Shown in pieces: positions 9,458-19,836 of a DNA stretch of 64,000 nt (the first letter of the stretch is position 1; each line of letters starts with the position of its first letter). A program made the translations under genes and the position numbers. Below the pieces are notes generated by a model that was not told the origin of the DNA, made no database searches, and saw nothing but the letters and a program-made list of their open reading frames with translations. Source of the DNA: Methanomethylovorans hollandica DSM 15978 (GTDB lineage Archaea > Halobacteriota > Methanosarcinia > Methanosarcinales > Methanosarcinaceae); contig NC_019977.1 in NCBI RefSeq assembly GCF_000328665.1, positions 434,001 to 498,000 on the forward strand, given 5' to 3'.

Positions 9458-9787
9458 ATGGTTTCAAATTTTTTTAATGTAGCAGATATTATTTTGCGAA
9501 GTCTTCTGTTAGTCCTTGCACTGCTGATCTGTTACGAGCTGAACAATTACAGTGCCGATGTTGTACGCTCCCGTCTCTTTGTATCCTACAATAAGCTTAA
9601 GTTCAGTTTCTATTTTTTATCTCTGAGTTTGTTGTTCCTTTTCTTTGAACCTCTGATATCTCTATTTCACGTATCCGGGGTAGCCATCTACAGTTATAGT
9701 TTTGCAATGTTTTTCTTGCAGCTCTCTCTTGTGTTCCTGCTGCACAATATCTATATAGCATTGAAACCACCGCATAAGATCCTTTGA
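9458..9787 (+). CDS. Small hypothetical membrane protein (about 3 TM)
   Basis: 109-aa ORF with hydrophobic segments, filling the gap between same-strand genes. Confidence 0.6.
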   Translation: MVSNFFNVADIILRSLLLVLALLICYELNNYSADVVRSRLFVSYNKLKFSFYFLSLSLLFLFFEPLISLFHVSGVAIYSYSFAMFFLQLSLVFLLHNIYIALKPPHKIL

Positions 9788-9852
9788 CCATCGTTAGGTC
9801 TTTATATATTCTGATTCTACTTTACTGCCTTGTGATAAAAGAGGTGTGTTCC

Positions 9853-11010
9853 ATGTCTTCCATAAATTACGAAAGCATCACACAGAAGGATGCAGCACAT
9901 GTCATGCAGACATATGGGCGCCAGCCGATAGTACTTGCCAGTGGACAAGGCGCAGTTGTCCGTGATGTAAATGGTGTGGAGTACATAGACTGCGTTGCAG
10001 GCATTGCAGTCAATAATGTAGGGCACTGTCATCCAAGGGTAGTGGACGCCATAAGGTCCCAGGCAGAGAAGCTCATCCATGTTTCAAATCTTTATTATAC
10101 GGAAGTTCAGGCCAATCTTGCCGAGGAACTGGTGAAATTAACAGGTATGGAACGTGCCTTCTTCTGTAATTCCGGTGCTGAAGCTGTGGAAGCTGCAATG
10201 AAACTGGCTCGTGTTACTACAGGAAAAACGGACTTCATAGCTGCCGAAAGGTCTTTCCACGGGCGTACCATGGGTTCTCTTTCAGTAACTTATAAGGAAA
10301 TGTACAGGGCTCCATTCAAACCCCTGGTGCAGGAGGAGATCTTTGTACCATACGATAATGCTTCTGCCATGGCAGAAGCTATCACAGAAAATACTGCCGC
10401 TATCATCATTGAGCCAATTCAGGGAGAAGGGGGCATCAACGTGCCTTCCGAAGGTTATCTTCAGGAAGTACGTCGTATATGTGATGATCATGGAATATTA
10501 CTCATCTTTGATGAAGTGCAGACAGGCTTTGGCAGGACGGGTAAATGGTTCTGCAAGGACCATTTCGGTATCCAGCCAGATATAATGTGCATGGCAAAAG
10601 CCATGGGTGGCGGTTTCCCTATGGGGGGCATTGTTGCAAAAAAAGGCATAACTTTCAGTAAGGGTCAGCATGCCTCCACCTTCGGTGGGAATCCTCTTGC
10701 ATGTGCTGCTGCTCTTGGCTCTATTGCAGCCATTAAGGAAGATGGTTTGCTTAAGCGTACCACTGAGCTTGGCAAGTATTTTATGGATAAGCTCAGGCAA
10801 GCAGATATTCCTGGTTTCAAAGAGGTTCGTGGCCGAGGTCTTATGATCGGTCTGGAACTGGAGCGCAACTGCACTGAGATTGTAGATCATGCAAGGAAGC
10901 ATGGCGTGCTGCTTAACAGTACTTCTGAAACAGTCCTGCGTCTTGCTCCACCTCTTGTTATTGACAAAGGCCAGATCGACAGGGTGGTAGAGGTAATTGA
11001 GCAGGCTTGA
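9853..11010 (+). CDS. argD: Acetylornithine aminotransferase
   Basis: Class III PLP motifs [55 protein letters not shown] 9853 follows GAGGTG. Confidence 0.92.
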   Translation: MSSINYESITQKDAAHVMQTYGRQPIVLASGQGAVVRDVNGVEYIDCVAGIAVNNVGHCHPRVVDAIRSQAEKLIHVSNLYYTEVQANLAEELVKLTGMERAFFCNSGAEAVEAAMKLARVTTGKTDFIAAERSFHGRTMGSLSVTYKEMYRAPFKPLVQEEIFVPYDNASAMAEAITENTAAIIIEPIQGEGGINVPSEGYLQEVRRICDDHGILLIFDEVQTGFGRTGKWFCKDHFGIQPDIMCMAKAMGGGFPMGGIVAKKGITFSKGQHASTFGGNPLACAAALGSIAAIKEDGLLKRTTELGKYFMDKLRQADIPGFKEVRGRGLMIGLELERNCTEIVDHARKHGVLLNSTSETVLRLAPPLVIDKGQIDRVVEVIEQA

Positions 11011-12079
11011 ACTCATCGACGAGAACATTCGTACAATTCCTGAATACGTGCCAGGCAGATCCATAGAGGACACAGCAAAAAAATATGGTCTTGATCCAAC
11101 TTCCATCATAAAATTGGGTTCGAACGAGAATCCCCTAGGTCCTTCTCAAAAAGCAGTTGATGCTATTTTGGAAAATGCTTCTAAGGTGCATCTATATCCT
11201 TCAGCGGATGCAGGTGAACTAGTAGACGCCCTTAGCACTTATTTGGATATTCCGGCTTCCAATATTTGTGCTGCAGGCCCGGGGATGGATGGCCTTCTGG
11301 ATAACCTGATGAGGCTTATGATCCGCGAAGGTGACGAGGTTATTATTCCAATACCAACTTTCTCCTACTACGAGATAGCTGCCCGTGCAAACGGAGCTTC
11401 CGTCGTCTATGTGCAGAGAAATCAAGATATGACTGTTGACATTGACGCTATCAAAAAAGCAGTATCTTTCAGGACCAAAGTTATTTTTCTCTGTTCTCCC
11501 AATAATCCGTCCGGTGATGTGATCTCAGAATCAGATATACGGATGTTGCTGGAATCTTTCCATGGTCTTGTGTTTGTAGATGAAGCTTACGTGGAATTTG
11601 CCGAACATAGTGTCGCAAACCTTGCAATGGAATATGATAACCTGGTTGTGGGCAGGACATTCTCTAAAATATTTGGACTCGCTGGCTTACGTTTAGGTTA
11701 TGGTATAATGCCTTCCTGGCTTAAGACAGAATATCTTAAAGTAGCGACACCTTTTAATGTAAGCCTTCTGGCATTGAAAGCCGGTATAGCTGCCATTTCT
11801 GATAAACAACATATTGAAAAGAGCATTGCAATGGTCAGAGAGGGGCGCAAATACTTGCAGGAGCAAATACCATTTAAGGTATATGGTTCCATGGCTAATT
11901 TCGTACTTGTAGATGTTTCTCCCCTCAGTGCAAGTGAGGTATGTGAAGCTCTCCTTAAAAAAGGTATAATCGTAAGGGATTGCCGTTCTTTCAGGGGCGC
12001 TGGCAGCTCCCTTATAAGGGTCACTGTAGGTACACAGGAACAAAACATGCGCGTAGTAGAAGCATTCAGATCCGCATAG
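10997..12079 (+). CDS. hisC: Histidinol-phosphate aminotransferase
   Basis: [38 protein letters not shown] start overlaps the argD end. Confidence 0.92.
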   Translation: MSRLELIDENIRTIPEYVPGRSIEDTAKKYGLDPTSIIKLGSNENPLGPSQKAVDAILENASKVHLYPSADAGELVDALSTYLDIPASNICAAGPGMDGLLDNLMRLMIREGDEVIIPIPTFSYYEIAARANGASVVYVQRNQDMTVDIDAIKKAVSFRTKVIFLCSPNNPSGDVISESDIRMLLESFHGLVFVDEAYVEFAEHSVANLAMEYDNLVVGRTFSKIFGLAGLRLGYGIMPSWLKTEYLKVATPFNVSLLALKAGIAAISDKQHIEKSIAMVREGRKYLQEQIPFKVYGSMANFVLVDVSPLSASEVCEALLKKGIIVRDCRSFRGAGSSLIRVTVGTQEQNMRVVEAFRSA

Positions 12080-12094
12080 AATATCCACACCCGG

Positions 12095-12463
12095 TCATGC
12101 GATATCTGATATTTCTTCTATTCTCATAAGTGGATAGTCAAGTTCCCTGTTGAATCGGAGAGAAGCTTTTACCATTGCATTTCCATACTTCATGTTCAGG
12201 AGAACATCCAACATACGTCCTTCAAGTTCGCAGTATCCGAACTCGCTGTTCAGTCTGGTACGTATCATTTCCCTGTCGATCATAACGGTTATGTTCTCTA
12301 CAAAGGGTTGAACAGATATACTTTGAGCTATTGCTTTTTCCAGACTCTCCACTGTTTTAAGGTTCACGGGGGAACCTGTGAATTGATGGTATAATGCTCC
12401 GAGCTTTATTCCCGCTTCAAATAGTGCATTATCCCTTTCAGTTATGCTTTTTATTGTGCTCAT
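12095..12463 (-). CDS. mptD: Archaeal dihydroneopterin aldolase (MptD family)
   Basis: FEAGIKLGALYHQFTGSPV, QPFV, GYCEL, YPLM. Confidence 0.82.
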   Translation of the reverse strand: MSTIKSITERDNALFEAGIKLGALYHQFTGSPVNLKTVESLEKAIAQSISVQPFVENITVMIDREMIRTRLNSEFGYCELEGRMLDVLLNMKYGNAMVKASLRFNRELDYPLMRIEEISDIA

Positions 12464-13136
12464 GAATGTCTTTTCCCATGTTCTTTATAATAACTGGAGA
12501 GATTATGTAAAGTATCATAGCCAGCATTAAAGGAATTGTGGCTATACTTGTAAGTGCTGGGTCAAGGAAATATGATACTATAGATATGGCAAATATAAGG
12601 GTTAGTGGCAGAGTTCTCTTTTTGCTTCTGATCTTTATGTAGGGTATACTGCTTACCATCAAAGTCCCCAGTATTATGCATCCCGCTGCCATAGCAATTG
12701 ACTGGAGATATCCCTGACCTACCAATATGATTGAGGCAACTGTTATTCCGCCTGCTGTGATAGGCAAGCCTTTGAAAAAAGCACTGTCAGGTTTAGATAT
12801 GTTAAACCTTGCAAGCCGCAGAATGCCACAGATCAGATAAAAGCAAACTGCTATGAGCATAAAGTATCCGCTCATATATGAGAAGATTATACTCGCAGGG
12901 GCCACACCAAAGGATATTACGTCTGCAAGTGAATCAAGTGTTCCTCCTATCTCACTTCCTCCCATATGTCTTGCCAGGCTTCCGTCAAGTCCATCTGCGA
13001 TCGCAGCCATAAGGATCAGTATACATGACAGATGCAACATTCCATTTTGTGTTGCAATGATCGCTCCAAAACCACACAGTGCATTGAGCAGTGTGACCAC
13101 ATCAGGAAATCTAAGAGTATTAAAGATACGCCTCAC
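12438..13136 (-). CDS. pssA: Archaetidylserine synthase
   Basis: DGLDGSLAR...GGTLDSLADVISFGVAP, LRLARFN, FKGLP, LMVS. Confidence 0.9.
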   Translation of the reverse strand: MRRIFNTLRFPDVVTLLNALCGFGAIIATQNGMLHLSCILILMAAIADGLDGSLARHMGGSEIGGTLDSLADVISFGVAPASIIFSYMSGYFMLIAVCFYLICGILRLARFNISKPDSAFFKGLPITAGGITVASIILVGQGYLQSIAMAAGCIILGTLMVSSIPYIKIRSKKRTLPLTLIFAISIVSYFLDPALTSIATIPLMLAMILYIISPVIIKNMGKDIHEHNKKHN

Positions 13137-13750
13137 TCCTTCTGTTTTAATCTGGCTATGGATGTCCTGCCGGCATATACCTTGTCACCTTTATTGCATT
13201 CGATCACAAAGTTATCCGGAACTGTTACGTCTACCCTGGAACCGAAACGGATCATTCCTATACGTTGTCCTTTTTCCATAAAGTCACCTTCCTTTATGTA
13301 AGGCACTATTCTTCTGGTAATGGTGCCTGCTATCTGGACAACTTCTATTTCTCCGTGTTCTGTGTCTATGAATATATGTTGTCTTTCATTCCGGTGAGAA
13401 TCTTTGCAGAAAGCAGGTATATACCCACCTTTTTTATATTCCATGAAAGTGACCTTTCCTTGTAAAGGCGCTCTGTTAACATGAACATTCTGGAAGTTCA
13501 TAAATATACAAAGCTTCCTACCTCTTATATCCACTATTCTGCCATCTGCTGGTGAAATCATACATTCTTCCCCCTCTACAGAATAGCGTTCAGGGTCGCG
13601 AAAAAATATAAACAGAAATATCAGTACCAAAAGTCCTGTTGTGAATCCTGCTTTTGCATATGGATATTCTGTGAAATAGGCTGCTAATGCAAAGCAAGAA
13701 GTGATCCCTAAAATAGTTAGTATCCATGGAAATGAACCTTTGGCAAGCAT
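13133..13750 (-). CDS. psd: Archaetidylserine decarboxylase proenzyme
   Basis: FFRDPER, SPADG, NVHVNRAP, and the pyruvoyl self-cleavage motif FGSRVD. Confidence 0.92.
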   Translation of the reverse strand: MLAKGSFPWILTILGITSCFALAAYFTEYPYAKAGFTTGLLVLIFLFIFFRDPERYSVEGEECMISPADGRIVDIRGRKLCIFMNFQNVHVNRAPLQGKVTFMEYKKGGYIPAFCKDSHRNERQHIFIDTEHGEIEVVQIAGTITRRIVPYIKEGDFMEKGQRIGMIRFGSRVDVTVPDNFVIECNKGDKVYAGRTSIARLKQKE

Positions 13751-14569
13751 TTAATTATTTCCCAAAACTTTCTTCCTTATGGTGTTAATGTGTTCAGTGA
13801 TCATGTTCCAAAGACCGTCAATGAGTTCAAGTATCTCGGGTAGTATGCGCATGACCATATAGGCTATCACGAACAGGGCTACTCCTGAACCAGCCTTAGC
13901 TATCATATGGTGCGCAATCTCAAAGCTATTAGGGCCAAACCACATCTCACCATACGCAACCACTACAAATACATCTCTTAATATATTAAGTATATAGATG
14001 ACAGGAACAGATACCATAAATGCTGCTAACAGTTTCTTCATTGGTGCATTCACAGAAGCTATCAAGCCCATAAAAAGAGCAATGCTTTCAATGGCTGTAC
14101 ATCCCAGGATGATCTCTACGGTATGTCCATTATATGTTATCAGGTTACCCGTTCTATAGGCCGACATTCCTAACATGTTCATGGTCCAAATTATATTATT
14201 TGTTACTGTACCTATAAGCCATTCTTTGAGGGCCGGTATCTCCGCAAAAGGAAAATAGAACACAGATCCAATAGCAATCGCATTGGTGGCCATATATGTG
14301 ATATCGACATTACTTTCCCTAGCTGTGTATCTATTTGTATGTTGGACATACATTGTGTGTGCTATGAGCATGCAAAAAACACTCATTGCTATAGTAAGCG
14401 CTACATTCACGTAGTCGTTTATAGCAATATAATGCAAGGGTTGCTGTAACCAGTGAACAGAGAATACACCCCATCCGACAGCTCCTATTATTCTTTTAGA
14501 ACCGTTTTTTCCAGGGAGGATGGCACTGAGCAGCATTAATAAGATGGATATCCATAGTACGATAAGCAT
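13751..14569 (-). CDS. artA: Archaeosortase A
   Basis: Polytopic membrane protein with the catalytic Cys motif VEIILGCTAIESIALF, plus LNILR and HHMIAK. ATG 14569 follows AGGTG. Confidence 0.88.
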   Translation of the reverse strand: MLIVLWISILLMLLSAILPGKNGSKRIIGAVGWGVFSVHWLQQPLHYIAINDYVNVALTIAMSVFCMLIAHTMYVQHTNRYTARESNVDITYMATNAIAIGSVFYFPFAEIPALKEWLIGTVTNNIIWTMNMLGMSAYRTGNLITYNGHTVEIILGCTAIESIALFMGLIASVNAPMKKLLAAFMVSVPVIYILNILRDVFVVVAYGEMWFGPNSFEIAHHMIAKAGSGVALFVIAYMVMRILPEILELIDGLWNMITEHINTIRKKVLGNN

Positions 14570-14630
14570 TAATAGCACCTATAATTGTATGAACTTATAT
14601 ACCAGTCAGCCATAATAAACTTGTTGTCCT

Positions 14631-15047
14631 ATGAAACCAATAACTCCTCTTTTAACAGTTGATGCAATTATTGTTCATGATTCAATGATCGTATTTGTCA
14701 GGCGTAAAAACAACCCTTTTAAGGGTATGTTCGCGCTACCTGGAGGATTTGTAGAATTGGGAGAAACTACTGAAGAGGCAGTAATGCGCGAATCGCTGGA
14801 AGAGACGGGTTTGTCTATAGAAATAGTTAAGTTGATTGGAGTATATTCAGAACCTTCGCGTGATCCTAGGGGGCATACAGTGTCTATATGTTATCTCGCA
14901 AAGGGAAGAGGTAACCCAAAAGCAGGTTCTGATGCGGCAGAAGTCGCGCTTTTTACAATAGATGGCATACCAAAGCTGGCTTTCGATCACAATCATATAA
15001 TAGATCAGGTAAGAGTTGATATAAATGGAGTTTTGTCCCAAATGTAA
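14631..15047 (+). CDS. NUDIX hydrolase (ADP-ribose pyrophosphatase-like)
   Basis: Nudix box GGFVELGETTEEAVMRESLEETGL, plus RDPRGH and LAFDH. Confidence 0.92.
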   Translation: MKPITPLLTVDAIIVHDSMIVFVRRKNNPFKGMFALPGGFVELGETTEEAVMRESLEETGLSIEIVKLIGVYSEPSRDPRGHTVSICYLAKGRGNPKAGSDAAEVALFTIDGIPKLAFDHNHIIDQVRVDINGVLSQM

Positions 15048-15339
15048 GTCTATGATGTTCCCGGTTCAGGGTTCTTTTGTATGCAAGAAATGCGGCCATG
15101 TTAAAGGGGCTGAAGGGGTCTCTGATGACCTCGTATCAAAATCAGAGCGTAAGGACCGTGTAGTCACTGTTCTTGAAGGGAATTTCGATCAGGGTCTTCC
15201 CACTACATCCACCAGATGTCCGGAATGCGGACATAATGTTGCATATTGGTGGCTCAGACAGCTCAGATCAGCGGATGAGTCCGAAACACGCTTCTTCAAA
15301 TGTACTAAATGCAGTGCCACATGGAGAGAGTACGACTAA
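15025..15339 (+). CDS. tfs: Transcription factor S (TFS)
   Basis: Two zinc ribbons (CPKC/CKKC and CPEC/CTKC) and the QLRSADESET acidic hairpin. Confidence 0.95.
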   Translation: MEFCPKCKSMMFPVQGSFVCKKCGHVKGAEGVSDDLVSKSERKDRVVTVLEGNFDQGLPTTSTRCPECGHNVAYWWLRQLRSADESETRFFKCTKCSATWREYD

Positions 15340-15442
15340 GAATTTTCTTTCAGTCGCGTATTTACATTTTTTTATATAGGAAACTTTTATTACTTAAAGG
15401 ATATAATGAAGTGGTTATTCAGACACCGGATGGAGAATTAAT

Positions 15443-16180
15443 ATGTTCAAGGCAACGATTGACGCGGATATTTTAAAAAGTTCCATAGAAACGCTTTCCG
15501 TACTAGTGGATGAGGCGCGATTCAGGATATCCACAGAGGGGCTCTCTGTAAGAGCTGTGGATCCGGCAAACGTGGCCATGGTGAGCTTTGAGCTCACAGC
15601 AAGTGCTTTTGATGATTTTGCCGCTGATGATTGTGAGATCGGCATGGATCTCACCAAGATCAATGATATATTAGGTGTAGCAGAAAAGAATGAAAAGGCT
15701 ACTCTGGAACTTGATGAGCTTTCCCAGAGAATGTCTATACATATCGGTGGTTTTTCCTACACTCTTTCTTTACTGGATCCTTCCACCATCCGTGCAGAGC
15801 CTCGCATTCCACAGCTTGAGTTGCCCGCTGAAGTGGTTCTTAATGGCAAGGAACTGCAGAAAGCTGTTAAAGCAGCTGAGAAGATAAGTGATCACATGTC
15901 CCTTGGTGTGGATGAAGATATCTTCTATATGGAAGCAGAAGGTGATACTGACAAAGTACGCCTTGAAATGCCCAGGGAACAGTTGATAGATCTGAAATCA
16001 GGGGAGGCACGCTCTCTTTTCTCTCTGGATTATCTATCTGATATTGTTAAGCCGGCTTCTAAATCAAATGAGGTCACCCTTGAGCTTGGAAGGGATTATC
16101 CTATCAGGATAAGTTTCACTGTTGCCGAAGGTGCTGGGAAGATCAGTTATCTGCTTGCTCCAAGGATAGAGTCAGATTGA
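15443..16180 (+). CDS. pcn: DNA polymerase sliding clamp PCNA
   Basis: RAVDPANVAMV, SLFSLDYL, YLLAPRIE; 245 aa. Confidence 0.96.
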   Translation: MFKATIDADILKSSIETLSVLVDEARFRISTEGLSVRAVDPANVAMVSFELTASAFDDFAADDCEIGMDLTKINDILGVAEKNEKATLELDELSQRMSIHIGGFSYTLSLLDPSTIRAEPRIPQLELPAEVVLNGKELQKAVKAAEKISDHMSLGVDEDIFYMEAEGDTDKVRLEMPREQLIDLKSGEARSLFSLDYLSDIVKPASKSNEVTLELGRDYPIRISFTVAEGAGKISYLLAPRIESD

Positions 16181-16183
16181 TCT

Positions 16184-17242
16184 ATGGAAGAAAAGGATCT
16201 AGCTCTTTACCCATTCATTACCGAAGCTTCAGCATACGTCTCAGAGCTGGGTTTCAGCCTTGAGAGGCTGCTCGTTTCCAGGGCTATGGATTCTGCCCGC
16301 TCCAGAGGTGTCGAAAGGGTAATTCAGGCGTTGCAGGGTGAGATCCGTAAACCACAACTTTTAGGTTCTGATGAAAGTAAAATTCTTATAGAACTGCTTT
16401 CATACCCCTTTGCAAGGATACTGGTTTCATGTATCGATGATAATTTCCTTATACGCAGGTATGCGCTTGCTGAAGCCGTTTCATGTTACGATCTGCTACG
16501 TTTGGAATCATCTGAATTTATATGTTCCATTGCATCTGATTTTCAAGTGGATATCGTGATATCTAATCACGAGTTCGATATCCATTTCACTGATTATATC
16601 AGGCTTGCCAGTTCCATGAAAGCACTGGAATGGAAACTTGTGAACCGCAAGTTACGCAAAGGTCATGTTTATATTTCAAAAGAGGAGCTTGCAAGGTTGC
16701 TGCAGGAGGCTATAAGGGGTAGGATACAGGGTTCTTTGCCACTGGACATACCTGAAGATATCTGTCGGATGTCTACTCCTTATATTGATCCAATTCAGAC
16801 TGAACTGCAGCAGATGAAGGAAACCTTTGGTTCAGGGGATTTCGGCGCTGTGGAAAGCAATATGTTCCCTCCCTGCATGGTACACGCTATATCCAATGTC
16901 AGAGCTGGTGTCAACCTGGCACATTCCATGCGTTTCGCCCTTACTTCTTTCCTCCGTAATGTGGGTATGTCTGTTGATGATATCATTGCCATGTTCAATG
17001 TGTCTCCTGATTTTGATATGGATAAGACGAGGTATCAGATCGAACACATCTCAGGTTCATCGGGTACAGAATATAAACCCCCATCCTGCTCTACAATGCG
17101 TACTTATGGTAATTGCTACGGTGCAGATGAGCTATGCAGCAGAATAAAACATCCCCTTAACTATTACAGGCGCAAGACATGGTTCAAAAATAAGAACGAA
17201 AGTTCACAGCAAATTCCATTCTCAGAAAAATATCAGGAATAG
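16184..17242 (+). CDS. priL: DNA primase large (regulatory) subunit
   Basis: YPF, WKLVNR, FPPCM, TRYQIEHI, YKPPSC..M...GNC Fe-S region, HPLNYY. Confidence 0.93.
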   Translation: MEEKDLALYPFITEASAYVSELGFSLERLLVSRAMDSARSRGVERVIQALQGEIRKPQLLGSDESKILIELLSYPFARILVSCIDDNFLIRRYALAEAVSCYDLLRLESSEFICSIASDFQVDIVISNHEFDIHFTDYIRLASSMKALEWKLVNRKLRKGHVYISKEELARLLQEAIRGRIQGSLPLDIPEDICRMSTPYIDPIQTELQQMKETFGSGDFGAVESNMFPPCMVHAISNVRAGVNLAHSMRFALTSFLRNVGMSVDDIIAMFNVSPDFDMDKTRYQIEHISGSSGTEYKPPSCSTMRTYGNCYGADELCSRIKHPLNYYRRKTWFKNKNESSQQIPFSEKYQE

Positions 17243-17338
17243 GAAATTACAGTGAGATCATTTACTAACCTTTATATGATTAAAATCTTATCATAAAGTA
17301 AGGTTAATGTATACACATTAAACCGCAGGAGGGAGAAT

Positions 17339-18037
17339 ATGGGCTTATTCAATCGTATGAGCACAGTTATCAAAGCCAAAATGAACAAAATAGCAGATAA
17401 GATGGAGGATCCCCGGGAAACTCTTGACTACTCTTATGAAAAACAGTTAGAATTGCTCCAGAACGTAAAAAGAGGAGTGGCTGAAGTTACCACTTCTAAG
17501 AAACGTCTGGAATTACAGAAAGCCAAACTTCAGCAAAGTATAGATAAGCTGGACCAGCAGGCAAAGGATGCTATAAAGGCCGACAGGGAAGATCTGGCAA
17601 GGCTTGCCCTTGAGCGCAAGACAGCACTCGTAGCACAGGTTGAGGGGCTTGATCAGCAGATCACAGATCTGGATCAGGAGCAGCAAAAGCTCGTAGCTGC
17701 AGAAAAGCGCTTGTCTACCAAAGTGGAGATATTCAGAACAAAAAAGGAGACTATCAAAGCACAGTATTCTTCTGCAGAAGCTCAGGTCAAGATTAATGAA
17801 TCATTTTCCGGTATCAGTGAGGAAATGGCTGATGTGGGACTTGCTATGGAGAGGGCCGAGGACAAGACCGAACAGATGAAAGCACGCTCTGCAGCTCTTG
17901 ATGAACTTATTGAACAAGGCACACTCGAAGATCTGACTGGCAGCAGGGATGAGGTTGAGAGGGAGCTGTCAAAGTTAAGTTCCCAGAGCTCTGTAGATGC
18001 AGAACTTGCAAAACTCAAAAAGGAGGCAGGTAAATGA
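17339..18037 (+). CDS. pspA: PspA/Vipp1 (IM30) family protein
   Basis: N-terminal amphipathic MGLFNRM, EDP, REDLARLAL, long coiled coil, C-terminal VDAELAKLK. Confidence 0.93.
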   Translation: MGLFNRMSTVIKAKMNKIADKMEDPRETLDYSYEKQLELLQNVKRGVAEVTTSKKRLELQKAKLQQSIDKLDQQAKDAIKADREDLARLALERKTALVAQVEGLDQQITDLDQEQQKLVAAEKRLSTKVEIFRTKKETIKAQYSSAEAQVKINESFSGISEEMADVGLAMERAEDKTEQMKARSAALDELIEQGTLEDLTGSRDEVERELSKLSSQSSVDAELAKLKKEAGK

Positions 18038-18312
18038 TAATAAGGATTATGGGGGAAGGACAATACAAGGTGTCAAGCAGTCTTTTTGATGAGTTGAATG
18101 CAATAGATAACCGCATAGTTGGTCATGTGGCAACAGGTGATGAAAAAGCTTACAAGAATGATCTTGCAGTCCTTATATCAAAGATAAAAGAGAATGGGCA
18201 TGTCTTGGCGGCTGAAGAGCTGGTGGAATCAGATGTCATAGTTCCTCCCGGGGATCTTACCCTGGAGGAAGCGAAGGACGTGTTCACAGATGATGGCATC
18301 TTTGAGGACTGA
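18034..18312 (+). CDS. PspA-associated protein (PspAA-like)
   Basis: MIIRIMGEGQY, LNAID, SDVIVPP.DLTLEE; starts at the pspA stop (TAAATG junction). Confidence 0.8.
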   Translation: MIIRIMGEGQYKVSSSLFDELNAIDNRIVGHVATGDEKAYKNDLAVLISKIKENGHVLAAEELVESDVIVPPGDLTLEEAKDVFTDDGIFED

Positions 18313-18328
18313 ATTTTAAAAGCAAATA

Positions 18329-18892
18329 TCAGAAAGGTATTCCCCACAAGGGATACCATTTCTCTACATTCTTTTCTATGGGCAGTTCCCTTTCCATCAG
18401 GGATTTGAGCCTGAACTCCGTGGAACTGTCTCTTTCTTTATTTCCTTTCGGTACGAACGGATAAAAACTATCCTGCTTGAAATTGTATATCCAGTATACT
18501 GTATTGTTTCCCTGGAACTTGTATATCGCACACAGCAACTGTTCACTGAAACCGTGCTCTATCATCGTCTGGCTTACAAGATGTATGTTAGTAACAATGT
18601 CCTCAAAATCCGGGTCTTCCAGGATGGCCCATAAAAAATTGTATTCATCCTTTTTGAGTCTGTATAGAGTTCCGGTTTCCTTGCAACTGTATCGTAGAAG
18701 TTCTTCTATCTCTGTGCGCGCAGTCTCATAGCGGGAAGATTCTATTGGCTTGAAACATATCCCTGCCACCTCGGATGGTTTTACTCCCAGATTTGTTTCC
18801 AGAGTGATGCTTGCTGTCGAAATGGCAAACAATCTCTCGGTCTTTGCTTTTGGGAGTTTGCTCCTGCCAAGTATCGTGTCAAGCAATCCCAT
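18329..18892 (-). CDS. PspA-associated protein B (PspAB-like)
   Basis: MGLLDTILGR, LFAI, QLLCA, YWIYNFK..FYPF.P, WYPLWG; coupled to htpX. Confidence 0.72.
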   Translation of the reverse strand: MGLLDTILGRSKLPKAKTERLFAISTASITLETNLGVKPSEVAGICFKPIESSRYETARTEIEELLRYSCKETGTLYRLKKDEYNFLWAILEDPDFEDIVTNIHLVSQTMIEHGFSEQLLCAIYKFQGNNTVYWIYNFKQDSFYPFVPKGNKERDSSTEFRLKSLMERELPIEKNVEKWYPLWGIPF

Positions 18893-19773
18893 CAGAACTC
18901 AAGCTCCCTTTCTAATTTCTCAAGTGCTGCTAAACGCTTTTCCGTAGAAGGATGTGTGGATAGAAGCTGCATGATGGAAGAGCCGGATATTGCAGGGATA
19001 ATGAAAAAGGCGTTCATGCCTTCAACTTTTCTTAAGTCCTCAGATGGCACTCTCTGCATCGTACCGCTTATCTTCATAAGAGCGGATGCGAGTTTTGATG
19101 GCTTCCCGGTTATAATTGCAGCACCTCTGTCAGCAGAGAATTCTCTGTATCTCGAAAGAGCACGTATTAGGAGGAAGCTTATGGCCCATACGATCAATGA
19201 CGCTATCCACACTAATACAAGTCCTCCATTTCCTTCCCGCCTATTGCCGCCTCCACCAAAGTACAGGGCGTGTCTTACAATGAAGAAAGCAACGGTGGAA
19301 AGGAAGCTGGCTATGGTCAGCACTGTCATATCCCGGTTCTTTATGTGGGTCAGTTCATGTCCCAGTACAGCTTCAAGCTCTTCGCGGTCAAGGCTTCGCA
19401 TAAGTCCTGTAGTCACAGCAACAATTGCTTTCTTTTTGTTCCTGCCGGTAGCAAAAGCGTTAGGCATCATAGTATTCATGATAGCTATTCTCGGCACCGG
19501 GATATCTGCGATAGCACACAGCCGTGTAATGATCTCGTGCAGTTCAGGTTCCTCCTGAGCAGATACAATTTTTGCCCCAGATGTCCACAACACCATCTTA
19601 TCAGAATAGTAGTATTGTACGAACATCATTAATCCTGCAAACACGAGTATGAACATGGAGTCTGCACCACTCGCAGCCAGGAATACTAGGAATGCCAGAT
19701 ATACAGCTCCCAGCAAGAACATGGTAAGCAGCATCCTGCTCTCCAATCCTATATCATGCTTCCACCTTTTCAT
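18892..19773 (-). CDS. htpX: Zinc metalloprotease HtpX
   Basis: PNAFATG, HELTH (HExxH), SRYREFSAD, STHP. Confidence 0.94.
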   Translation of the reverse strand: MKRWKHDIGLESRMLLTMFLLGAVYLAFLVFLAASGADSMFILVFAGLMMFVQYYYSDKMVLWTSGAKIVSAQEEPELHEIITRLCAIADIPVPRIAIMNTMMPNAFATGRNKKKAIVAVTTGLMRSLDREELEAVLGHELTHIKNRDMTVLTIASFLSTVAFFIVRHALYFGGGGNRREGNGGLVLVWIASLIVWAISFLLIRALSRYREFSADRGAAIITGKPSKLASALMKISGTMQRVPSEDLRKVEGMNAFFIIPAISGSSIMQLLSTHPSTEKRLAALEKLERELEF

Positions 19774-19836
19774 GGAGTATACCTCTTTAAAATCATGTGT
19801 AATTCATCTCTTGGATCTTGTTGTCATCTGCATATA

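Noticed and set aside
14631..17242. NUDIX-tfs-pcn-priL cluster as a novel system
   Set aside because: A known conserved archaeal gene neighbourhood.
12077..17300. Pyrrolysine read-through at the TAG stops of hisC (12077-12079) and priL (17240-17242)
   Set aside because: Both proteins are already full length, and read-through would add only short tails before a TGA or TAA.
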